Part shown: positions 22,573 to 33,249 of the stretch, piece by piece
Layout of the letters: the number at the start of each line of letters is the position of its first letter
How positions within the stretch are numbered: position 1 is the stretch's first letter
DNA from: Selaginella moellendorffii
Taxonomy: Eukaryota > Plantae > Lycopodiophyta
Length of the DNA: 64,000 bases
Reading direction: 5' to 3'
Assembly (NCBI RefSeq): GCF_000143415.4
Contig: NW_003314300.1
Location: forward strand, 961,898-1,025,897
Program-made: the position numbers and the translations under genes
The notes under the pieces: model-generated
What the model was told of the DNA's origin: nothing
Databases searched by the model: none
What the model saw: the letters and a program-made list of their open reading frames with translations, nothing else

Positions 22573-24274
22573 CTCACAAGCATTACGCGTATGGCTCTCC
22601 AGTTCCGCCACCACCTCCGCCACCTCCGCCGCCACCACCGCACTATAGCAGCTCGGGAAGCCAGGATTCCTGGAGGCCAGTTCCGCCACCACCACCACCG
22701 CCCGGTATGAGCCCGGGCATGGGTAGCTCCAGGTCGTGGTTCACGTACGAGGAACTTGAGGCAGCGACTGCTGGATTCTCCAGGGCCAATCTTCTCGGCG
22801 AGGGTGGTTTTGGCTGTGTATACAAGGGATTTTTACCTGGTGGACAGGTTGTGGCTGTGAAGCAGCTTAAAGTTGGAAGCGGCCAAGGAGAGCGTGAGTT
22901 TCGAGCCGAGGTTGAGATTATCAGCAGAGTTCATCACAGGCATCTAGTGTCGCTGGTTGGATACTGCATTGCTGATGCTCAGAGGCTGCTGGTTTACGAT
23001 TTCGTGCCAAATGGAACGCTGGAGCATCACCTGCACGGTACAAGTTTTTGTCCGTGTTTTTCCTTGTTCTCAGTCTCGTTTTCTCTCTTGTTTCTATCAG
23101 GTAAAGGTAGACCCGTGATGGATTGGCCAACGAGATTGAAAATAGCTTCTGGTTCTGCTCGTGGACTAGCATATCTTCATGAAGACTGTAAGATTTCTAT
23201 CTCTCCGTTGGAACTTAATCTAAAAGTCATTCGTTCTTGCAGGCCATCCTCGAATCATTCATCGGGACATAAAGTCGTCTAACATTCTTTTGGATAATAA
23301 TTTTGACGCTCAGGTTTGTTGTTACATATTTGCTCACTTGCTTTCAATTGTAACGCTTGTCCATTACAGGTCTCTGACTTTGGGCTTGCGAAGCTCGCTT
23401 CTGACACTTACACACATGTCACTACTCGAGTTATGGGAACCTTCGGGTAAGGACATTACCAACCAAATATATCATTTTCCCATATGAATTTTTCAAACTT
23501 CCAGATACCTTGCGCCTGAGTACGCCTCTACAGGAAAACTGACGGAGAAGTCAGACGTGTACTCCTTTGGAGTCGTCCTACTGGAACTTATAACGGGAAG
23601 GAGGCCTGTAGATACCACGCAACGTGTGGGAGACGAAAGCTTGGTCGAATGGGTGAGTCTTTGCAAAAGCTCATCCCTGGACTTTCTAAAACTTATTGCC
23701 TCTTTCAGGCACGACCATACCTCACGCAGGCTATCGAGAATGGCGACCTCGACGGCATAGTCGACGAAAGACTAGCAAACTACAACGAGAACGAGATGCT
23801 ACGAATGGTCGAGGCGGCTGCAGCCTGCGTTCGACACTCAGCCAGCAAACGCCCAAGGATGGCACAGGTTTGTTTGCCTCTTTGTTTTCTCGAGCAACTA
23901 CTAAACTCCTCGCATTCTTCTTTCAGGTTGTCCGCGCTCTAGAAAGCGATGGAGCAATCTCCGACCTCAACCAAGGAGTAAAGCCAGGCCACAGCTCGAA
24001 CTTCACGAGCGCGGACTACGATAGCAACCAGTACGCCTCGGACATGAAAAGGTTCCGAAAGGCGGTGTTTGGAAGCCAAGAACACGGGAGCTCCGAGCAC
24101 AGTGGCCCGCCGACGAGCGAGTATGGGATGAATCCCTCGGTGTCGAGCAGCGAAGGGATGAGCAGCATGGAGATGGAGAGGCGGCGGGCCGGGTTGCTCA
24201 GGAGCTCGGACACGACGAGCTCCAGCGAGATTAATGCCAACACCAACACCAATGATCGTCTCAATGGCCGGTAA
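21748..24274 (+). CDS. PERK: PERK-family receptor-like kinase, copy B (canonical SP/AP/TP-rich ectodomain)
   Basis: [10 protein letters not shown]... extensin/AGP-like ectodomain, TM helix and complete kinase motifs; same introns as copy A. Confidence 0.93.
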
Positions 24275-24401
24275 AGTTTCGAAAGGAAAGATCACAGGGA
24301 AGAAGAAAAGATTTTTCTACAAGAACTTTTTGATCATACGACGTTGTCTCGTTTGTACAATATATTTTATCGACCTTGGAGAATTTTTAGGGTTCTTGGG
24401 A

Positions 24402-25353
24402 ATGGCTGTTTGGCTTCCTGTTCCTCCGCGATGGCCGGGCTTGCGCGCCTCGGTTCTTTGCAAGGCCGGGGAGAAGAAAGCGCCCGCGCGGCTCGTCCAG
24501 AAGCAGCAGATGATCTCCAGCCGGGAGGAGGCGGCGGCCGAGGCGGATTATGGCAATCAGCCCATCCCTCGGCTCTCGATCGGTGAGATTCTTGGATCTG
24601 GGAAGGGATTTCGGCTGAGGTTTTCGTTCTAGATCATGTGACTGTGAGCTTTGCGAGGAGTGGAGGTGCTGGCGGCCAAAATGTGAACAAAGGTGTGATT
24701 TTTTCGGTGTTTGGGACTTTGGTGATTGGAATCTCTTCTTTGACAGTGAACACGAAAGTGGACATGCGATTCAATGTGATGAACGCACACTGGCTTCCTC
24801 TCCAAGTGAGGAACAAGCTGCTTCAAACGGTTTGTCACGATCTTTGAAATGTGAGGCTGTCTAGTAGTTTGGAATGAGTTTTTCTATACTAATTCCATTC
24901 CGTTTCGTGAACAGGAGAAGAACCGGATCAACAGCGACGGTGAATTGGTCATTTCTTCGACAAGAACAAGGACACAAAAGTAAACGGAATGTCACAAGAG
25001 AGAAAATACTCACCTTTTCTTCTTCAATTTCTTGCCAGGGGAAACATCGATGATGCTCTAGCTAAATTGCAGGCAGGTTTTCATCGCGCTTTGTTTCTTC
25101 GGTAGCTAACGTTTGTTTCTTCTCTTTGTTTACCAGGAATTAGTTGATGCTGCAGCTTATGTGCCACCGCCTCCATCTCAGGAGACCAAGCAACGAATTG
25201 CAAGGCTGTGAGTTATCTTATTTCTTGCGAGTCTTTCCCAGAGTTTAAACTTGGAGTTTTAGTGCTGCTGCCGAAGACATGAAGAGACTCCAGTCCAAGA
25301 AACTGTCTGCTCTCAAGAAATCGGCGAGGAGAGACAAAGGAAGCTGGGACTGA
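24402..25353 (+). CDS. Organelle-targeted ICT1/ArfB(YaeJ)-type peptidyl-tRNA hydrolase (RF-1 domain)
   Basis: VSFARSGGAGGQNVNKVNTKVDMRF (GGQ), RINSDGELVISSTRTRTQ, NIDDALAKLQ, basic tail KKSARRDKGSWD; transit-peptide-like N-terminus. Confidence 0.9.
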
Positions 25354-25409
25354 TACGAGGTAAATTTACAAGTTGTATTTCGCATGAAGCCTAACCGAAG
25401 CTCTCCTAG

Positions 25410-26530
25410 TCAACTCGGAACTTCATCTTGCTCGGAGGAGTCATCGATAAAATGACGATTTACAAGCTGAGAGACCTTGGAATGTGAACAGTGGCTCTTC
25501 TTAAACAACTCTCGCAGCTTGTCATCACATATGACATTGTGGTTACCTGGTTCCTGGATCGAGAAAACGCAAACGCAACTTTTAGAGCTCTAAAACTCCC
25601 GAGAAGAAACTTGCTTTTACCTGGAGATCCTTGTCAAGGATGTACTCCCACACTCTGTCCACCGCCTCGGCTCGAGACATCGTCGTTCTATCAGTGCCGA
25701 GGAAGGATTGGAGAGCCTCGGAGATTGGATATGGAGTGAGGAAATTGGAACGCCTTGGACGATCATCAGATCGATCGAGTTTCTTCTTCTTGGGCATGTC
25801 AATGTCCTCGTAGCCTACAAGCAAGCACACGCTAAGATCAAAGAAACAAAACAATCAAGAGAAACTCACCCTCTTCTAGCGGTAGCAAGTGATCTTGGAG
25901 AACTTTGTTAATGGTAAACATGTTGATCGAATCCACCTTGAAAATGTCGACGAGCTTGTTTCCGGCGCACAGGATCATCTTCCTGTCGCTTGGATCTTGG
26001 AGATTGTTCTCTCGGATGTAGCGCCACAAGCATTGCACAGCCTAATCCTCGAAAAGAAGAACAAGGAAAAGAATTTCTAGCTTTCATTCAACTAGAGCTT
26101 ACTTCGTGTCTCCTGAGAATGTGATGCCCAGTGACCGCTCGAAGCTCCGGAGAGAGGCGAAAGGCCTTGAGGAAGCTATTGTTTCCAGGCGTCCCAGCTC
26201 TATCCGTCCCAGCAAGAGATCAATCGCAAGGAATGCCAAACGAGGAGGAAGAACTTACTGGCTCCTGCGATTGCTCTGGAGGGTGTCCTGGATCTTCTCA
26301 TCTAGCGCCCGCTTGCTCTCGTCCAGCCGGATCTTCTTCTTGAAATACAGCTTGGCGAGCCGCGCTACTTCCTTGGGCTTGACCTTCCCGGCGCCAAATT
26401 CCTTCTCCAGAGCCTTGCGGATGGCCTTGGTCGTCACAAAGGCCGGATCGCCGCCGAAAATCGCAGCTTTCACGCGCCTGCGCAGCTGTGAGTTGGTTGG
26501 AACATCCTTGCTCAAGGGAGGACGACCCAT
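25410..26530 (-). CDS. SWIB/MDM2 domain protein (UAF30/DEK-SWIB-like, two SWIB domains)
   Basis: LWRYIRENNLQDPSDRKMILC, MSRAEAVDRVWEYILDKDLQEPGNHNVICDDKLRELF; spliced; stop at 25410-25412. Confidence 0.85.
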
Positions 26531-27005
26531 GAAAGCCCTAAACCCAAGAGAATATTCAGAAGCAAGATCAGAATATACTCCACAAAAGAATATTCAAACT
26601 AATAACAGAATATCCTACTAACCCCAAAAAGTTTTCACTTCAACAAAGGTAAAACATAAAAAACGTAAAATGTTTTTCGTTTTTTCCAATCCTTTTTTGA
26701 TTTTTTTTTATAAGAAGTGTTTTTCCTTTTTCTTTTTTAACTTTTTGGTGTGGCTGCTTATAAAATTAAGCGCCACAAACGCTTTTTTTTCGTATCAGAT
26801 TTTTCTCTTTTCGTAACGTATCACCACCACGGGGAAATAATCGCGCGGAGGGCCTATTGCGAGCTAAATAGGAGGTAGTATACACTCTGCTTCTACATCT
26901 AGCTGCAGAAACAAGGAAAGAAAAAGGATCAAGAAAAAAAACAAAAAAAAAAACCACCAAGAATAAGTTAATAGCAAACGAGCAAGCAACTCAACTGACT
27001 CTTTT

Positions 27006-28295
27006 TCAGCAAGCCAGCGTTGCCGTCTCCCATGGCTTTGGCGTCGGGGCCTGCGATCGTTGCCATGGAGAGGGAGAAGCTTTGAGCTGCTGCTGCTCGT
27101 CTCGCTTCGCAGTCGCGGCGGTGGCGGTGGCGATGGTGGAGGATCCGTGACTGCTCGGCTTCGCCTTTTTCACAGAAGAAGGCGTCGGCGGCCTGCGCTT
27201 GAGCGAATCCACTCTCTCGAGCTTTCGCTTTGCCGGCTGCTGGTGCTGCTGCGGCTGCTGGTGCTGCTTCTTTCTGTCCAGCTTCGATCTCATCTCGGTG
27301 CACGCCTCGTGCGAGATCGGCAGCTCCGCCGGCGCGCAAGCCAGAGGCTCCGTCCACAGGTAGTCCGACAGCAGCGCCTGCTCGGCCGTGATCCGCTTCT
27401 CGGGGTTGAGCGTCAGCATCTGCTCGAGCAGATCCAGCGCTCTCGGGTCCACGTTGTTGAACGCCTTGCGCAGCCGCCGCGGCTTCTTCCCGTTCTCGGC
27501 CACGAACTTCGCGTAAACCGGCGACTTGGACACCCCCGGCCAGCTCGTCTCGTCCGGAGTGCCGCACATCTTGAAGATCCAGGACAGCTGCTGCTTCTCG
27601 TCCTTGCCCGGGAGGATCGACTGGCAGACGAGCAGCTCCGCGAAGACGCAGCCCAGCGACCACATATCCACGGCGGGGCCGTAGGACGAGAACCCAAGGA
27701 GGAGCTCCGGCGGCCGGTTCCAAAGCGTCACTACTCCACAGTGGAGCGGCCGGGGCGTCTCGGGGATGGGCGTGGACATGCCAAAGTCGGCGAGCTTGAG
27801 CACCCCTTTGCCGCTCACCAGGAGATTGGCCGACTTGATGTCCCTGTGCATCACTCCATTGAGATGGCAGTAGTGGAGGCCCTCGAGGATCTGCTTGAGG
27901 TAGCACTTGATCTCCGGGGCCGAGAACTTATGCCGGTGGATGAGCCCACAAAGGTCGTGCTTCATATACTCGAAGACAAGGAAGATGTCGGTGGCCGCGT
28001 AGATCACATCCAGGAGCTTGACAACGTGATCGTTGTTGAGCAGCCGGAGGACCTTGATCTCGATGGCAATCGACGCCGGCACATCGCGCAGCTCGCCGCC
28101 GGCCTCTCTGACCTTTAGCGTCGCCTCTTTGGGGTCGACCCTTAGCCGCTTGATTGCCACGCGCTCGCTGGTCTGCTTGTCCGTGGCCAGGAACACCTTG
28201 CCATACTTCCCGCGGCCGATCGATTCCACTGCCACATACCTCTCAAGCGCTGGGAACTCCTGTGACAAGATTTCGCCCCCTTCGCTCACTCCCAT
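27006..28295 (-). CDS. Intronless divergent cyclin-dependent kinase (CDKC/CDK9-like)
   Basis: GRGKYGKV, VAIK, VFEYMKHDL, HRDIKSANLL, DFG, VVTLWNRPPELLLG, SHE motif; single 429-aa exon. Confidence 0.88.
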   Translation of the reverse strand: MGVSEGGEILSQEFPALERYVAVESIGRGKYGKVFLATDKQTSERVAIKRLRVDPKEATLKVREAGGELRDVPASIAIEIKVLRLLNNDHVVKLLDVIYAATDIFLVFEYMKHDLCGLIHRHKFSAPEIKCYLKQILEGLHYCHLNGVMHRDIKSANLLVSGKGVLKLADFGMSTPIPETPRPLHCGVVTLWNRPPELLLGFSSYGPAVDMWSLGCVFAELLVCQSILPGKDEKQQLSWIFKMCGTPDETSWPGVSKSPVYAKFVAENGKKPRRLRKAFNNVDPRALDLLEQMLTLNPEKRITAEQALLSDYLWTEPLACAPAELPISHEACTEMRSKLDRKKQHQQPQQHQQPAKRKLERVDSLKRRPPTPSSVKKAKPSSHGSSTIATATAATAKRDEQQQLKASPSPWQRSQAPTPKPWETATLAC

Positions 28296-28423
28296 AGCCT
28301 ATCCACAAACCCTAAAGGAATGAGCCTTATAAACCCTAATAGCCAGCCGTGGATCTCTTTTCGTCCCAGCCGTTGGATCCCAGATCTTTGTAGGAGAGCG
28401 GTTTTCACCTTTTAGGGCTCGAA
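28296..28423. promoter_or_regulatory. 128-bp bidirectional promoter region with two telo-boxes and an MSA-like element
   Basis: AAACCCTAA at 28307 and 28331; AGCCGTTGGA (TCCAACGGCT on the minus strand) at 28368-28377, between the divergent ATGs. Confidence 0.55.
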
Positions 28424-31400
28424 ATGTTGCCCGCGATGGAGGAAGATGACGAGAGCTCCGATTCCAGCTTCTCGACCGTGTCATCGTCGGCGCCGCTGAC
28501 AAGGAATGCAAGCGGCATTGGCTGCTCCTCGATCTTTACCAGGATTCGAGGAGGTCGAGGTAGGCAGCATCGCCAGCATCATCGCGCCAGGGGCGGCGGC
28601 GATCGAGCTGGTGCTGTCAGGATCGGATCGAGCCCTTACAAATTGCAGGAGAGGATTCTGTCCAGGCAGAAGGGAGACGCGAGGAATCGATCGGGGCTGG
28701 GCCAATTGCTCTCGCCGGATCGTCTCAACGTGTCTGTTGCTCGCAATATTTTTCCTGGCGACAATGTGGTGGATGTACAGAAGGAACAGGCCAGCTCCTT
28801 TCGGCGAGATAGAATGTCGCAGAAACTTTGCGAAGCGTCGGGAACCAAGATCGAGCAGCCCCACAAATCTGGAACTCTATCATCAGCCATCGCGGAAATC
28901 TTTCGCTGTTTCATCTGCTTGGGAAAGGTAGTAGTCTTTCTCGTTCCATATAGAGTCTCACTGACCGTTCTTTGTTTTGTTTCTTCATTCCAGCTTATGG
29001 ATGCTCAACTTTGTCCATGCTGCTCTAAGCTGGTGTGCATGCTATGTATCAAAGTACGCCTTGCAGCCTGAATCATTTCCAAGGTCATTTGATAAACTCA
29101 AGCTCTTCTCACTTCTTTTTCTCATCTGTGTCGTCGGCCTGGTTGCAGCGCTGGTTAACCGATCAGAAGCCCGAGTGCCCTCACTGCCGTGCCTCGCTCT
29201 CGGTCTCGCAACTTGTAGGCTGCAAATTCATTTCCGAGATTACGACGGTACGTGAGTTTGCGAGTTCCGACTGACTTCTCATTCATTTTGCTTTCGCAGG
29301 AAGTGGAGAAAATACACGGGAATTTTGACGAGGATGCTCCACCAGAGAAGGTAGAAGGCTACATTTTCGTGTGCTCGCACCGACCTTTTCTATTGCAGAT
29401 TTGCCCAGCTCATGGCAGTCCACTTTCGTATTTCTGCACCACATGCTCGACTGCAGTGTGCTCCGACTGCGCCATCCTGGCCGAGGTCATACTCGCTCTT
29501 TCTTTTTTCACTTATCTTACTCTGGTTTCTATAGAGCCACCAAAACCACTCGTTTGAACGCCTAAATGTGACCTATGGAAGGCATTCCAAAAAATTGCAT
29601 GTCGAGGCATCAGCTCTACGTTCACGTCTTAAAGTAAGGATTATTACGACTGTTAGGTGTAATGCTAAGTCTTCTCTTTTGCTCAGGATTTGTATGATAT
29701 GCTGGCGTCGGTTGACAATGACATTGAAGCTGTCTTGAAGGTATATCATATGTTTGCGTGTGTGACTTATGTCCTTAAGAACAGGCCAAAGATGATCAAG
29801 CGACTGAGATTGAAGCGGCTTTCAAAAGAATGCGGGTGAGAACTGCTTTCTTTTTGCAAGAACAGGAATTGCTATCGTTTTACTGATGTGATATGCAGGC
29901 GAAGCTCGAAGAACAGCTCAAATGCAAGCTGCTGACACTATTGGCACAGAAGGGTGCTGTTTCTCAAGAGGTATGAGATTTTATTTATGCTACGGCTCAG
30001 CCTGATTTGCTGGCCTCTGCAGGTGGAGTTGTTAGAGACCATTTTGCGTCAACTTGATTTTCAATTAACTACATCGTCCAAGAGCGATCTCATCGCTCAT
30101 GAACCGACAATTACATGTATTATACAGGTGATACTGGTTCTTGTTGTGTAGCGCACGATCTCATTCGATAAGTTTCCAGGACTTGCACAAGAAAATCAAT
30201 CTTGAATTAAGGCGGGACCCTGTTTCTTCAGATTTTGTTTCCGAGGTATCCCACACGAGCTAACTTTATGCATATACAATTTTTGTGGTAGGTTATTCCT
30301 CCGTTTGAGCACGGGGAGCTTGTTCTTAAGAACTTCAGAAAGTATTTGCATGCGAAACCAAGCAAGAGCAACGATTCTTCTAGTACAACTGACTCCACAA
30401 GCGACATCGTTTACAGTGCGGTGGGTACCTTAGATGCAGTGGACATAACAAGGAGGTGAAATAATGGCATCTTGTTTGAAACTTGTCACTGCTAACTAAA
30501 ACTTCTTCGTTACTGTAGCCGATTTCTGCCGCCGGGATTACCTGGCGCCTAAAGGTACTTGAACTGTTCGTGCGGTTGCAGTCACGATCCTGACTTGATC
30601 GTGCAGCTGTATCCAAATGGTAGTGGTTCATCGAAGGGAAGCCACATTTCTGCATTTCTTGAGGTCGGCCTCTTCATTCAATGTACCTGAGAAAAACTAA
30701 CGCTAGTCACGTCTAGATGGTCAAAGGTGGCTCTGAGCCTACAACATATGAATATGGCATAGAGATGTTACATCGTTCGCAGCCGCACATGAAAGTTGTG
30801 AGGCGATTCTCTTCGGATTTTGAGGCAATCGATATCTCCAGATCATTTGATTGTAACTTACAAGGGCCACATTACAGGAAGGTGCATGCTGGGGGTACTA
30901 TCAATTTTTCAAGATTGATGACCTTGAAAACGAAGGGTACCTTCTTCCGGGGGAAGATACACTTACGCTGAGCTTTTACGTCCGAGCTCAAACGTCAGTA
31001 ATCCAATCCATTGATTGATGACTGTGACACTTGATGAATTTGACGCCGTGCTTTCGATTCAGGTTCTTGCAACAATGCCTGGATCTGAGAAGAGCACTGT
31101 CATCGTGTCAAGCAGAACGGCAGGAAGCGGTGACGCAGGTAAAGCACGAGCGCCGTCCTTCTCTTAGTTCCGAGTTCTTACACTCAGCNNNNNNNNNNNN
31201 NNNNNNNNNNNNNNNNNNNNNNNNNNNNNNNNNNNNNNNNNNNNNNNNNNNNNNNNNNNNNNNNNNNNNNNNNNNNNNNNNNNNNNNNACAACCAAGGAT
31301 CGATAAAGCAGGTCCTGGCGGGTGCAGTGTCAAGCCTCTTGCCAACTTTTGAACAGCCCAACCCAAAGGCTGCCAGGGACACATTCAGCCGCTTGGACAA

Positions 31401-31716
31401 GATACTCCTCAGCGGTGTTCCAACATCAGACGCTCCCCAGAAGTCTGAGGTGGACGACCGCAGCGACGCCCCATCAATGGCGCTGTCCCAGGCATCGGTG
31501 CAGCCAGAGAGCAGGGAGAAGTGTGAGCTGTGGCTCAAGAGCCGAGACAACTTGTTCCAGATGCCAGCTAGTAGGAGCAAGTTTTATGGTCGCAGGGGCC
31601 ACAGGCACAGGAAGAGCAACAGGGCCTTCGATGTCGTTTCGCTTGCCAAGCGCACCAGAATGGCGACGCTGCCTTGCGCCATACTGGAAGGAAACGACGA
31701 GAGCGTCAATACGTGA
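28424..31716 (+). CDS. TRIM37-like: TRIM37-like E3 ubiquitin ligase (RING, B-box, coiled coil, MATH); many short introns; spans an N gap
   Basis: RING [46 protein letters not shown]; B-box CPAHGSPLSYFCTTCSTAVCSDCA...H..H; MATH GITWRLKLYPNG...SAFLE...CWGY.QF...GYLL..EDTLTLSFYVR. Confidence 0.85.
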
Positions 31717-33249
31717 TTGTCGAGGTAATTTTTTGCTTGGTGGAAAAGTTTGGATTAAGTTTACTCTTCCCGGCTTACTTTAATAAACACTTTTCAGGTT
31801 ACAAACTGAAATGATCAGAAAGTTATTAATGTTCAAGGAATTGGATTAAGTTTAAATGGATTCTTAAAAGTACAAACTGAAATGCTGCTAGTGTATGAGC
31901 AAGTTGTTAATTTTTAGCCAATTAAGGGAACTAACTAGTTGCCTTAGTCAAAATTGATTGGTATCACAAATTCCATTAAACATGATTTCTCTTTCATTGG
32001 TGAAAGATTAATGAAGCTGCATTTCAGATTGTAATCCTTGAGTGACATCAGCCTGGGGTCAGAATTTGCTTGAATTAGGAGGAAGACCAGGCTGAACCTT
32101 CTCAGAGTCAATGCCAATTTTCTGGTGGGACATTGTTGTTTTCAGCTTTTAAATACTTGCCAGCTGCATTATCATTGAAAGTCCCTCCCACTGAATTCTT
32201 ATGCCCACAGAAAGTGGAGGGCAAAGATTGAAATCCCCAAGGCCGTTGACATCTCCATCACCCCAACAGTGGAGTGTGTCAGCAATGCAGCAAGCAACAC
32301 CAACATTATGGTGATGTTGCCCCACAAATCCCTGTGATCCAAACGTCACAAGAGAAAAGAAGAGAAGTGTGGAAGCTCACCTTATCTGATCACACTCTCT
32401 CTCAAGTATCAAATTGAATGAATGGATGCTTCTCTCCACATACCTAGCCCCACTCTTGCAATTTGCCTCCATACTTTTGTTCAGGGATTTTTCTACCATT
32501 TCTCTATTGAGTGTTTGGATTCCTTTGGGATTCTCCATTCCATTCCCACGTTCTAACTCATGCAAGACAACGATTTGGGAGATTCCGAGCTTCCCAAATG
32601 TAGCGATTCACAGCGGTCCAGCAAAAAGAAAGGCCGAGATCGAGAAAACTGGACGAAATTTTGAAGAGACAAGTTGTCTCTTAAAAGGAGTGGGTGAGTG
32701 AGAACTCGCTTTCGCAACTAGCAGCGTATCTCTGTCGCGAATGACAAAAACAAAAGCTTTAGGGCTCCATCTGACGTGGGTCCGACTCGGCGAAGATACC
32801 GCCGCGTGGCGAGACAGCTCGGACGCCACGTCACGCGGTTTGGGCGCGCAATTATTGGTCACGGTGCCCCGTACGGGCACTTTGGGCCTCCGTACAGGTG
32901 ACAACTTGGAGCCAACACGAATGGTTTGGCGAGGGATTTTTTTTTTGAAGGAGAGTAGCGAAGGGGTCAGCGGCGGCGGTGGCGGCGGGGCTTTTCTTTT
33001 CTCTTGTTTCTCCGGCGCGGCGGCTGGATTCTTTCGATAGCAGCGAGGATTTTGGATTGCATTGGATTGGATCGTTGCGGCGCTGCTCCAGGATTGTTGG
33101 GGATTTCGCATCTCCCGCGCGGCGCTGGCGTGTCTAGGGCCGCGGGGCAGCTCCCAGGAGCTGCGCAGCGTTCTTGCTGAGGCGGTGCGGCAAAGAAATC
33201 GGGGATTTCTCCCCGGGATTTTGGAGCTGTCCATGCGCGGCGCCCGAAA

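Larger units (their letters stand above)
18266..25125 (+). repeat. Segmental duplication unit 2 (empty site for the gypsy element at ~18600)
   Basis: ATTAAAATAAAAATTTATTATTAAAAT at ~18591-18617 joins the two flanks of the 3505-8499 insertion. Confidence 0.9.

Noticed and set aside
3149-25125. The duplication as a haplotype-assembly artefact across the gap at 16332
   Set aside because: The copies differ by many indels, a different ectodomain, pseudogenisation and a diverged LTR insertion, which is more than expected for alleles. Long reads would settle it.
27060-28118. 352-aa antisense ORF over the CDK (similar ones over HCT, HUA2-like and rpl2)
   Set aside because: Shadow ORFs caused by high GC3 codon bias; no motifs.
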